Positions 1-8,542 of a stretch of 54,189 bases of DNA are shown one piece after another. The stretch's first letter is position 1. Each line of letters begins with the position of its first letter. The notes below the pieces were generated by a model. The model saw only the letters and a program-made list of their open reading frames with translations, was not told the origin of the DNA and did no database searches. Origin of the DNA: Gammaproteobacteria bacterium (lineage in GTDB: Bacteria > Pseudomonadota > Gammaproteobacteria > Magnimaribacterales > TMED112); contig PBBW01000001.1 in assembly GCA_002716745.1 (NCBI GenBank), forward strand, positions 1 through 54,189, read 5' to 3'. The position numbers were made by a program, and so were the translations under genes.

Positions 1-230
1 CCGCCGAAGCACCAGCTGAAGAAGCACCAGAAGCCGAAGCACCAGCTGAAGAGGCACCAGCTGAAGAAGCACCAGAAGCCGAAGCAGCCGCCGAAGCACC
101 AGCTGAAGAAGCACTAGAAGCCGAAGCACCAGCTGAAGAGGCACCAGCTGAAGAAGCACTAGAAGCCGAAGCACCAGCTGAAGAGGCACCAGAAGCCGAA
201 GCACCAGCTGAAGAAGTACCAGCCGATTCA
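1..230 (+). repeat. Imperfect in-frame tandem repeat with a 15-nt (5-codon) period, GAAGCACCAGCTGAA / GAAGCACCAGAAGCC, encoding E-A-P-A-E / E-A-P-E-A units
   Basis: Direct reading: the same 15-mers recur about 15 times with a few point variants (gaa/gag, cca/cta), and the frame stays open throughout. Confidence 0.9.
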
Positions 231-263
231 GAAACTAAAAATCTTGATAAAAAAGATAAATAA
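3..263 (+). CDS. 3' end of an ORF entering from upstream, with an Ala/Glu/Pro-rich repetitive C-terminal tail ending ...EEVPADSETKNLDKKDK*. Probably ribosomal protein S16 by synteny, but the S16 domain itself is outside the window
   Basis: The frame starting at nt 3 is open to TAA at 261-263. It lies directly upstream of rimM-trmD-rplS, the conserved rpsP operon order. Confidence 0.5.
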   Translation, partial: AEAPAEEAPEAEAPAEEAPAEEAPEAEAAAEAPAEEALEAEAPAEEAPAEEALEAEAPAEEAPEAEAPAEEVPADSETKNLDKKDK

Positions 264-747
264 AATAGACCTTATTCCAATTGCAAAATTTGGGAAAACA
301 TACGGGTTAAAAGGAGAGATAACCTTGGTTTCCTTTAGCAACCCAATCAAAAATATTCTAAATTATCAAAGTTTCTTTAACCAAAAAGGAGAACAAGTAT
401 TATTGACTCTTAATTTTAAAAATAAAAAAATTATCGGAAAAATATCACAGAAAGAATCAGTCAATGATGTAAAAGATTTAGTGAATACCCTAATTTACAT
501 AAGGATAAAAGATCTCCCTGCTTTACAGGACGGGGAATTTTATTGGGATGAGTTGATAGGATTAAATGTTATAGATAAGAAAGGCTTAACATTAGGGAAA
601 GTACATAAAATTGAAAATCATGGAGCGACAGATTTAATTTTTATACAAACAGAATCAGAAGAACTTATAATTCCTTATATAGATGAATTTATAGAGGATG
701 TTTCACCAAGTAAAAATTTAATTACTGTCAATTGGTTTGCAGAATGA
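244..747 (+). CDS. rimM: 16S rRNA processing protein RimM
   Basis: N-terminal GKTYGLKGEI motif, PRC-barrel-like C-terminus, and its position between the S16-like ORF and trmD. The TTG start is uncertain. The stop TGA overlaps the trmD ATG (ATGA). Confidence 0.85.
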   Translation: MIKKINKIDLIPIAKFGKTYGLKGEITLVSFSNPIKNILNYQSFFNQKGEQVLLTLNFKNKKIIGKISQKESVNDVKDLVNTLIYIRIKDLPALQDGEFYWDELIGLNVIDKKGLTLGKVHKIENHGATDLIFIQTESEELIIPYIDEFIEDVSPSKNLITVNWFAE

Positions 748-1487
748 AGATAAATGTTCTTTCAGTTTTTCCAGAAATCTTTGATGCACTCAAGTACGGT
801 GTTGTAGGAAAGGCAATAACAAAAAAATTAATCACTATAAATTTAATTGATTTAAAAGAATTTTCTTTAAATAGTTATTGAAGTCTTGATGACTCTCCTT
901 ATGGTGGAGGCGCAGGCATGGTAATGTCTCCAGAACCAATATCAAATGCTTTAAAAGGTATTAATAAATCATCTCATATTATTTACCTTTCTCCTCAAGG
1001 GAAAACCCTTGACCAAAAAAAGGCAAAACAACTATCTAGAAAAAAGGAGATGACCCTTATATGTGGTAGATACGAGGGCATAGATCAAAGAATTATAAAT
1101 AATTATGTAGATGAAGAAATTTCGATAGGAGATTATGTCTTAAGCGGAGGAGAAATTGCTGGTTGTGTTCTTATCGATTGTATAGCTAGAAATATTAAAG
1201 ATGTATTAGGAAATGAAGAATCACTTGAAAAAGATAGCTTATCTAACGGCAGACTTAAAGGACATCTTTACACAAGACCAGATAAATTTATGAAATATGA
1301 GGTGCCAAAAGTGCTAATGTCCGGAGACCATAAAAAAATTGAAGAATGGAGAATTGGAAATAGTCTTTGGGTAACAAAACAAAAACGCCCAGATTTATTT
1401 CAAGATTTACAACTTTCAGAGAAAGAAATGATATTATTACGTCAATACGAAGCCGGCATAGCAAATCAGGAAACAAAAGATGACTAA
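744..1487 (+). CDS. trmD: tRNA (guanine37-N1)-methyltransferase TrmD, interrupted by an in-frame TGA at 879-881
   Basis: The frame from ATG 744 reads [13 protein letters not shown]...[18 protein letters not shown]...[12 protein letters not shown]...[10 protein letters not shown]. It is collinear with E. coli TrmD on both sides of the stop. The ORF track only reports the part from 918. Confidence 0.85.
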
Positions 1488-1827
1488 AAATATTATTAAT
1501 AAAGTTGAAGAAAGCCAGATTCAAGATAGACCTAAATTTAAGTCTGGAGATACAGTTGAAGTTCAAGTAAAAGTTACAGAAGGTAAAAGGACTAGACTTC
1601 AAGCATTTGAGGGGCTCGTGATAGGTGTAAGAAATAGAGGATTAAACTCTTCATTTACAGTAAGAAAGATCTCTAATGGAGTTGGGGTAGAGAGAACTTT
1701 CCAGACCCATAGCCCTTTGATAGATTCAATGAAAGTAAAAAGAAAAGGGCTTGTAAGACAGTCAAAGCTATATTACATAAGGGAGAGATCTGGTAGATCA
1801 GCAAGGATTAAAGAAAAAATTAACTAG
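1480..1827 (+). CDS. rplS: 50S ribosomal protein L19
   Basis: [29 protein letters not shown] signature and its position after trmD. Confidence 0.95.
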   Translation: MTKNIINKVEESQIQDRPKFKSGDTVEVQVKVTEGKRTRLQAFEGLVIGVRNRGLNSSFTVRKISNGVGVERTFQTHSPLIDSMKVKRKGLVRQSKLYYIRERSGRSARIKEKIN

Positions 1828-2723
1828 TGCAATTTGAATCTAAACTTCTTGTTGAAAGCTTCCTAGACAATTCTTGGTTAGAAAAAAATCTATCTGAAAA
1901 CACGTTATCATCTTATAAAAACGACCTTTCAAAATTCTATAAGTTTACTGAAAAAAATAATAAAAACGTGATTATTGCAGATCATTTAATGATAATTTCG
2001 TACTTAAGTGTACTTATTGATGAAGGGCTAGCCTCAAAAACAATATCTAGAAATATTTCAGCTTTAAAAAGTTTTTATGCGTACCTTCAAAAATTTGGAC
2101 ACATAAAAATTAACCCGACCGAAAACATTGAACCACCAAAATCTGGATTATTTCTTCCAACTACTCTTACAGTTGAAGAGACCGAAAGGTTACTAAATTC
2201 TCCAAGTAATGAAAACTATATTGAACTAAGGGATAAAGCAATGCTTTTTGCTTTATATGCGTCTGGGATGCGTATATCAGAACTTATTAACTTAACTTTA
2301 AATCACTTGGATCTTAATAGGGGTTCTGTACAAGTTTTGGGGAAAGGAAATAAAGAAAGGCTAATTCCGATAACAGACCAAGCAATTAAGATTATTCAAA
2401 TATACCTATTGGAATCTAGAGATAGATTAGCTAAAAACAAAGACCATATCTATGTATTCCTTTCTACTCATGGAAAAAAAATGACAAGACAAAGTTTTTG
2501 GCACAGACTTAAAATCTATATGAGAAGAGAAAGAATAGAAAAGGATATTCATCCACATACTCTTAGACATGCTTTTGCAACACATATGCTGAACAATGGT
2601 GCTGACCTTAGGTCTGTTCAGTTGCTACTAGGACACTCAGACCTATCAACTACTCAAATTTATACTCATGTTGCCCAGTCTGAAATAAAAATCCTTCACA
2701 AGAAACATCATCCAAGGGGCTAA
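1827..2723 (+). CDS. xerD: Tyrosine site-specific recombinase XerD
   Basis: C-terminal HTLRHAFATHML...LLGHSDLSTTQIYTHV catalytic region, with the xerD-dsbC neighbourhood as in E. coli. GTG start overlaps the rplS stop. Confidence 0.85.
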   Translation: MQFESKLLVESFLDNSWLEKNLSENTLSSYKNDLSKFYKFTEKNNKNVIIADHLMIISYLSVLIDEGLASKTISRNISALKSFYAYLQKFGHIKINPTENIEPPKSGLFLPTTLTVEETERLLNSPSNENYIELRDKAMLFALYASGMRISELINLTLNHLDLNRGSVQVLGKGNKERLIPITDQAIKIIQIYLLESRDRLAKNKDHIYVFLSTHGKKMTRQSFWHRLKIYMRRERIEKDIHPHTLRHAFATHMLNNGADLRSVQLLLGHSDLSTTQIYTHVAQSEIKILHKKHHPRG

Positions 2724-2724
2724 T

Positions 2725-3426
2725 ATGAAACAGTTTTTACTTTTAGTTTTTATTCTGATGGGTTATGTTCTTGCTGAGCCAAATAAAGAGAAAATTATAA
2801 ATCTACTTCCACCTGGCGTAGAACTTAATTTTTTTGAAGACTCAGAATTAGAGGGTTTTTATGCTGTAAATGTTGCTAATAATCAAATAATTTATATTTC
2901 CAAAGATTTTAAATATGTGTTTGCAGGGGAACTAATAAGATTTAACAATTCTACTCCTGAAAGTTTAAATGATCTTTACAAGCAGAAATATGTTCTGTCT
3001 GAGCTTGATAAGATCAATGAAAACGAAGCTATTAAATTTATTTCTAACTCAGAATCGAAAGTGATTAGAGTTTTCACTGATGTAAAGTGCGCATACTGTA
3101 GAATTTTTCACTCTGAAGTCCAAAGGTATCTAGACGAAGGCATATCTGTTTTTTATTATGCATTTCCACGAGATGGAAATCTAAGCGATAGCTTTAATGA
3201 TATGAATAATGCGTGGTGCAGTAGAGATAAAAACGAATCGCTTACAAGACTAAAATTAGGGGAAAAGATTGAAAATTCAAAGTGTGATAGCCCTGTTGAA
3301 AGGCATTTTCTTATAGGAAGATTAATTGGGGTTACAGGAACCCCAACAATTATTCTCGATGATGGAAGTATGTTAACAGGCTATATTCCTTCCGAAGATT
3401 TAATTAAAATAATTAAAAATGGATAG
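2725..3426 (+). CDS. dsbC: Periplasmic thiol:disulfide interchange protein, DsbC-like
   Basis: Signal peptide, C-A-Y-C thioredoxin motif, GTPT cis-Pro loop, and synteny with xerD. Confidence 0.8.
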   Translation: MKQFLLLVFILMGYVLAEPNKEKIINLLPPGVELNFFEDSELEGFYAVNVANNQIIYISKDFKYVFAGELIRFNNSTPESLNDLYKQKYVLSELDKINENEAIKFISNSESKVIRVFTDVKCAYCRIFHSEVQRYLDEGISVFYYAFPRDGNLSDSFNDMNNAWCSRDKNESLTRLKLGEKIENSKCDSPVERHFLIGRLIGVTGTPTIILDDGSMLTGYIPSEDLIKIIKNG

Positions 3427-4514
3427 CGCAGAGATCGCTTTAAAGCTTGCCAAAGTATCAGGTCGAATTGATGATCTGAGGGGGTTCCTTTGACCCAAAA
3501 TCACTTAATTTGAAAGTTTCTAGCATTGAAAAAAAACTTCAAGACCCTGAAGTTTGGAAAGATCACGAAAAATTAAATTCTTTAAATAAAGAAAAAACAA
3601 TTAACGAAACTAAAATTAATGAATTTCTCTCAATTGAAAAGGAATTTGAGAATATCTCAGATTTGATAAACATCTCAATCGAATTAACTGATAACGCAGA
3701 GTTATCCAATCAGATAGTTGATCTAGAGAAGCTTATTCAACAGATAGATTCTCTAGAAACAAAAAGGTACTTTTCAAAAAAAGATGATTCAAATAATGCA
3801 TTTCTTGATATTCAGTCTGGCTCTGGAGGCACCGAAGCACAAGATTGGGCTGAAATGCTTTTAAGAATGTATTCAAGATGGTCGGAAGAAAACGGTTTTA
3901 AAATAAAAATTGAAGAATATTCTCCTGGAGATGTAGCAGGAATAAAAAGCGCGAGCTTACACATCAAAGGAGATTATGCATACGGGTGGCTGCGTACAGA
4001 GTCTGGTATCCACAGACTTGTCAGAAAGTCTCCGTTTGATTCAGGTAGCAGAAGACATACGTCTTTCGCTGCTGTTTTTGTTTCTCCTGAGATAGATGAT
4101 GACATAGAAATTAATTTAGAGATGTCAGATGTAAGAATTGATACCTACAGGGCATCTGGAGCAGGAGGGCAGCATGTAAATAAAACAGACTCCGCAGTTA
4201 GATTAACACACACTCCTTCTGGCCTAGTTGTGCAATGCCAATCACAGAGGTCACAACACCAAAATAAGGATAGAGCCATAAAACAATTAAAATCTAAACT
4301 TTATGAACTTGAGCTTAATAAAAAGGAAGAAGAAATAAAAAAATTAGAGGATTCAAAAACAGATATTGGTTGGGGAAACCAAATCAGATCATATGTTCTT
4401 GATCAATCAAGGATTAAAGATATTAGAACAAAGTACGAGGAAACAAATACTCAGGCAGTTTTAGATGGTAAAATCAACAACTTTATTAAAGCAACACTCA
4501 AAGATGGATACTAA
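3419..4514 (+). CDS. prfB: Peptide chain release factor 2, requiring a programmed +1 frameshift (3419..3490 joined to 3492..4514)
   Basis: Frame 0 reads MDSAEIALKLAKVSGRIDDLRGFL then TGA. The +1 frame continues DPKSLNLKVSS...SPFDSGSRRHTSF...GGQHVNKTDSAVRLTH (SPF and GGQ motifs). Confidence 0.95.
3479..3494 (+). promoter_or_regulatory. RF2 autoregulatory +1 frameshift site: internal SD-like AGGGGG, then CTT TGA C
   Basis: AGGGGGTTCCTTTGAC matches the canonical prfB recoding signal (SD, short spacer, CUU UGA C). Confidence 0.9.
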
Positions 4515-5970
4515 AGATTTAAATAAGATTCAAAAAGATAGAGAAGAAAAACTGAAAAAGCTAAGAGATGCAGGCTTTAACTTTCCTAATGATTTTGAAA
4601 AGAAAGATAATTTAGGTGATGTAGCAGAACAGTTTAGCAATGAAACAAAAATAGATCTTGAGGAGAAAGTTGTGTCAGTACAATCTGCAGGAAGAATTAT
4701 CTTTAAAAGAGTTATGGGAAAAGTTTCTTTTATGACCTTAGAGGACGCCTCTGGACGCCTACAAGCCTATTTCTCTCTTGACAACCTAGGGGATGATCTC
4801 GCTCAAATAAAAGAATGGGATTTAGGTGACATTGTTGGCATAAGTGGAAATTTATTTAGAACAAAGACAGAGGAGCTCACAATTGAGGTAAAAGAAGCCA
4901 AATTGCTTACTAAATCACTTAATCCAATGCCTGAGAAGCATAAAGGGATATCGAATATTGAAACTATATATAGACAAAGGTATATAGATTTAATGAGCAA
5001 TCAAGATTCAAGGGAACTATTTATTAAGAGAAATAAGATTATTCAATCCTTAAGAAAAAATCTTGAGGAAAAAGGCTTTTTAGAGGTTGAAACACCAATG
5101 ATGCATCCAATACCTGGAGGAGCAAATGCAAGACCATTTGAAACACATCATAATGCATTAGACAAAAAATTATACTTAAGAATTGCACCAGAATTATATT
5201 TAAAAAGGTTGCTTGTTGGTGGTTTTGAAAAAGTTTTTGAAATCAATAGAAATTTTAGAAATGAAGGAATATCTACAATTCACAACCCTGAATTTACCAT
5301 GCTTGAGTTTTATGAGGCTTATGGAAAATTAGATAAAACCACTGCTTTTATACAAAAACTTATACAAGACAGCGTTCTAGAAGTAAATGGGACACTTAAA
5401 ATTGTATATGATGGAACGCCTTTAGACCTTTCAAATGATTTTAAAGTTATTTCAATAAAAGACCTCTTGAAAGAAAAGCTTGGATTGAACAATCTGGATA
5501 CTGCAGAGGAGATTTTTGATGCTGCTAATAAAACTGGGATGAAAGTTAAAAAGAGTTGGGGGTGGGGAAAGGTGCTTCTTGAGCTTTTCGAAACACATAT
5601 CGAGAAAGATTTATGGGACCCAACTTTTGTAAAAGATTACCCTTACGAGGTGTCACCATTGTCTAGGAGAAAAGATAATGATCCAGATTATACTGATAGG
5701 GTTGAGCTGTTTATTGGGGGAAGAGAATTCGCAAATTTCTTTTGTGAGCTAAATGATCCGATTGACCAGGAGAATCGTTTTGATGACCAGTTAAAACAAA
5801 AGGATCTTGGAGACATAGAAGCAATGTTTTTTGATGAAGACTACATCAATGCTCTAAAGCACGGAATGCCCCCTGCAGTAGGTGTAGGAATTGGGATTGA
5901 TCGGTTAATAATGTTGGCAACTGACAGCCAGTCAATAAGAGATGTTGTTCTTTTTCCAACTTTAAAGTAG
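4504..5970 (+). CDS. lysS: Lysyl-tRNA synthetase, class II
   Basis: Class II motifs (FRNEG, GIGIDRL) and prfB-lysS synteny. Start chosen at ATG 4504 (MDTKDLNK...) rather than the longer ORF start at 4465. Confidence 0.9.
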   Translation: MDTKDLNKIQKDREEKLKKLRDAGFNFPNDFEKKDNLGDVAEQFSNETKIDLEEKVVSVQSAGRIIFKRVMGKVSFMTLEDASGRLQAYFSLDNLGDDLAQIKEWDLGDIVGISGNLFRTKTEELTIEVKEAKLLTKSLNPMPEKHKGISNIETIYRQRYIDLMSNQDSRELFIKRNKIIQSLRKNLEEKGFLEVETPMMHPIPGGANARPFETHHNALDKKLYLRIAPELYLKRLLVGGFEKVFEINRNFRNEGISTIHNPEFTMLEFYEAYGKLDKTTAFIQKLIQDSVLEVNGTLKIVYDGTPLDLSNDFKVISIKDLLKEKLGLNNLDTAEEIFDAANKTGMKVKKSWGWGKVLLELFETHIEKDLWDPTFVKDYPYEVSPLSRRKDNDPDYTDRVELFIGGREFANFFCELNDPIDQENRFDDQLKQKDLGDIEAMFFDEDYINALKHGMPPAVGVGIGIDRLIMLATDSQSIRDVVLFPTLK

Positions 5971-6948
5971 ATCTCTAACTAGTTCTCTTTCTTCTAACAA
6001 TTCATTTGACGTAATCTTAATTTTTGATTTAGCAAATTCACTTAGATTAAAGTCTCTTGCAATATGAATTATGCCATTACCTTCTGAAATGAGAGGGAAG
6101 CCAGAAAATACACCTTCGGCAACTCCATATGAACCATCACTTATGATTGCAGCATTAAATATATCTCCTGATCTAGTGCTATTCTCTACATTTTTCACTG
6201 TATCACAGGCTGCTCTTGCCGCTGATGATGCCGATGAGGCACCTCGGGCTTGTATTATTTCTGCACCTCTTTGTTGTATTCTAGGCAGAAATTCATTTTC
6301 TACCCAACTCTTGTCACCAATTTTTGAATATAGATTTTTACCACCAAAATTAGCATTCTCCAAATCAGGAAACATTGTAGGACTGTGATTACCAAAAATT
6401 GCTAAGCGATAAATTTCATCCACGTGGCAATTGATCTTTTTTGCTACTTGAGCTTTTGCTCTTAAAGCATCAAGCATTGTCATCGCCATCCAAAGTTGGT
6501 TAGGATTATTTGAGTTTTTTTGACCTATTAAAGCATTTGTGTTCGCAGGGTTTCCTACAACAAGCACTTTGCAATTACTTTTTGCCTTGGAACCAATTGC
6601 CTTGCCTTGTTCTGTAAAAATATTCCCATTTATTTGAAGTAGATCAGCTCTTTCCTTAATTTCTTTACCTTTAAAAACTATTCCTCTTGGAATTGAGCCA
6701 ACCAGAAGACACCAATCAGCCTCTTCGACAGCATCATTGATATTGTCAAACGTAGTTATTGAATTGACAGTTGAATATGCTGAATCCTCTAGCTCTTTAA
6801 CAAAACCTTCAAGCTTGTTCATAGCAGGAGGTATCTCAACCAAAGCTAAATCTAACTTTTCATCATTTGAGAAAACCCCTCGTTCGCAAAGAAAAGGTAT
6901 TAATGAGTAGGATATTTGACCGGCGGCTCCAGTTATGACAATTTTCAT
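5962..6948 (-). CDS. mdh: Malate dehydrogenase (328-aa LDH/MDH-family type)
   Basis: MKIVITGAAGQISY Rossmann start, VVGNPANTNA, and typical length. Confidence 0.8.
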   Translation of the reverse strand: MKIVITGAAGQISYSLIPFLCERGVFSNDEKLDLALVEIPPAMNKLEGFVKELEDSAYSTVNSITTFDNINDAVEEADWCLLVGSIPRGIVFKGKEIKERADLLQINGNIFTEQGKAIGSKAKSNCKVLVVGNPANTNALIGQKNSNNPNQLWMAMTMLDALRAKAQVAKKINCHVDEIYRLAIFGNHSPTMFPDLENANFGGKNLYSKIGDKSWVENEFLPRIQQRGAEIIQARGASSASSAARAACDTVKNVENSTRSGDIFNAAIISDGSYGVAEGVFSGFPLISEGNGIIHIARDFNLSEFAKSKIKITSNELLEERELVRDLL

Positions 6949-7037
6949 AGAATAAATTTATATCTATTCTATGTTTACTTGTTTTTTAATTCCATTAGAA
7001 TCTACAATCTAAACACATTATTTATAGGAGATTAAGG

Positions 7038-7949
7038 ATGTCACTGGATTTTAATGGAAAAGTAGCGATTGTCACCGGTTCAGGTGGAGGAATTGGTAAA
7101 GGGTATGCACTTGAGTTAGCAAAGCGAGGAGCAAAGATTGTTGTGAATGATTTAGGTGGTGCTGTAGATGGGACTGGTGGTTCTGTTAGTGCTGCTGAAG
7201 CAGTTGTACAAGAGATAGAGTCAAACGGCGGCGAAGCTATAGCAAATGGAGCAAATGTTAGCGTTCAAAAGGATGTTAAATCTATGGTAGAGGATGCAGT
7301 AAATAAATGGGGAAAAGTTGACATCCTTATTAATAACGCCGGAATACTAAGAGACAAGTCTTTTGCAAAAATGGAGTGGTCAGATTTTGAAGCTGTTATT
7401 AATGTACATTTAATGGGTTCAGCACTTTGTGCACATAGTGTTTTCCCTGTCATGAAAGAACAAGGTTATGGAAGAATAATTATGACATCTTCATCTTCTG
7501 GATTATTTGGTAATTTTGGCCAAACAAATTATGCAGCAGCAAAAATGGGTGTTGTGGGATTAATGAACACGCTTAAACTTGAGGGAGCAAAATATAATGT
7601 ACATACAAATTCAATTGCTCCAACAGCAACAACAAGAATGACTGAACACCTTTTTCCAGCTGAATTTGGAGAAAAGCTTGATCCAAAATATATTATTCCT
7701 GCGGTAATTTATCTTGCAAGTGAAAAAGCTCCAAATGGAGAGATCCTAGAAGCTGGGGGTGGTGTAGTTGCAAATACATATGTTATGGAGACAATGGGGA
7801 AATACTTTGGAACGGGTGACGACTTCAATGCAGAGGCTGTAGCCAACCATTGGGAAGATATTTCTAATACTCAAGATGCAAAAAGACCATTTCAGGGTGG
7901 TGATGTAGCAATGAAACATTTTGAAACAATTCAAAAATCCGAAAGCTAA
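7038..7949 (+). CDS. Short-chain dehydrogenase/reductase, resembling the 3-hydroxyacyl-CoA dehydrogenase part of multifunctional enzyme 2
   Basis: TGSGGGIG cofactor motif, NNAG, and S...YxxxK (NYAAAK) catalytic motif. Confidence 0.7.
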   Translation: MSLDFNGKVAIVTGSGGGIGKGYALELAKRGAKIVVNDLGGAVDGTGGSVSAAEAVVQEIESNGGEAIANGANVSVQKDVKSMVEDAVNKWGKVDILINNAGILRDKSFAKMEWSDFEAVINVHLMGSALCAHSVFPVMKEQGYGRIIMTSSSSGLFGNFGQTNYAAAKMGVVGLMNTLKLEGAKYNVHTNSIAPTATTRMTEHLFPAEFGEKLDPKYIIPAVIYLASEKAPNGEILEAGGGVVANTYVMETMGKYFGTGDDFNAEAVANHWEDISNTQDAKRPFQGGDVAMKHFETIQKSES

Positions 7950-7975
7950 TATTAATTTTTGGATAATAATAAGTT

Positions 7976-8176
7976 ATGAGTATTTTTGTTCTCGGCGGAG
8001 CTGTTTTTATTGTCTCCTTTTGTTTGTTCAAATGGTCAGCATTTAGAAAGACAAATAAAGATCAATCTTGGTTAAAGCTTTCAATAGTTGGTATTGTCGA
8101 CTACTTGATCCTAGTTGTTGGAACTCTTTTTACCGGTATACTCTTTATGACTATGTACACAATTAGCCATGGATAA
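7976..8176 (+). CDS. Hypothetical small membrane protein (two hydrophobic segments)
   Basis: ORF with two hydrophobic stretches and no recognisable family. Confidence 0.3.
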   Translation: MSIFVLGGAVFIVSFCLFKWSAFRKTNKDQSWLKLSIVGIVDYLILVVGTLFTGILFMTMYTISHG

Positions 8177-8459
8177 AAAAATATATTTAATAGTCTCATT
8201 TCTTCTTTCTTTTGGGATATGTAGCCAAGAGAAGGATGTTAAGATCTCTGAAATAACAGTCGAAGAGCTCACAGAAGTTGTTAGAACAATAGTCCAGGAA
8301 ACACTTGAAGACTGCTCTGTTACAGGTGAAATGAACGGAAGGGCTAAAATTAATCTGCAGGTTGAAGGAGAGGTAGTTGCTCGAATAGTCTGTGAGTTTA
8401 ATGCTCAGCCATCCTTGGAAAACAAAGAAGCAGAGACTACATCAGAAGTATTAGAATAA
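8169..8459 (+). CDS. Hypothetical secreted acidic protein
   Basis: N-terminal signal-like segment (LIVSFLLSFGICS). Overlaps the preceding small ORF by 8 nt. No family recognised. Confidence 0.35.
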   Translation: MDKKIYLIVSFLLSFGICSQEKDVKISEITVEELTEVVRTIVQETLEDCSVTGEMNGRAKINLQVEGEVVARIVCEFNAQPSLENKEAETTSEVLE

Positions 8460-8502
8460 ATTTCAAATTAAAAAAATTATTGTTTTGAAAGATTAGAGCA
8501 CC

Positions 8503-8524
8503 GCCAGAGTTGCAGACCTCCAGC
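8503..8524 (-). terminator. Candidate hairpin downstream of nrdB (GCUGGAG-N8-CUCUGGC on the minus strand)
   Basis: A 7-bp stem with two G-U pairs that exist only in the minus-strand RNA. It sits in a locally GC-rich patch (8496-8533), but no immediate U-tract follows. Confidence 0.3.
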
Positions 8525-8542
8525 AATGCAAGCTTTACTTAA

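Noticed and set aside
1-230. CRISPR array or non-coding satellite
   Set aside because: The repeat period is 15 nt with no spacers, and it maintains one open reading frame ending at a stop just before rimM, so it is a coding repeat.
879-881. Genome-wide UGA reassignment (genetic code 4 or 25) as the explanation for the TGA in trmD
   Set aside because: prfB is present with its UGA-dependent frameshift site. TGA also clearly terminates several well-aligned genes here (rimM, recO, acpS, purB). No other conserved gene in the window contains an in-frame TGA.
879-925. Selenocysteine insertion at the trmD TGA
   Set aside because: The aligned position is Arg or Lys in homologues, not Cys. Only a trivial 4-bp hairpin (AGTC-ttgat-GACT) follows the codon, and nothing resembles a bacterial SECIS element.
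4465-4503. Longer lysS start at 4465, and likewise the longest-ORF starts for nrdB (9808), degP (17086), rsmJ (25078) and mltG (28774)
   Set aside because: The extensions overlap the upstream gene and have no homology support. Internal starts align with homologue N-termini and, for nrdB, follow a clear AGGAGGA.
8496-8533. tRNA fragment or integration att site in the GC-rich patch downstream of nrdB
   Set aside because: No cloverleaf arms or T-loop consensus could be found, and no integrase or repeat partner is nearby. It is treated only as a possible nrdB 3' hairpin.
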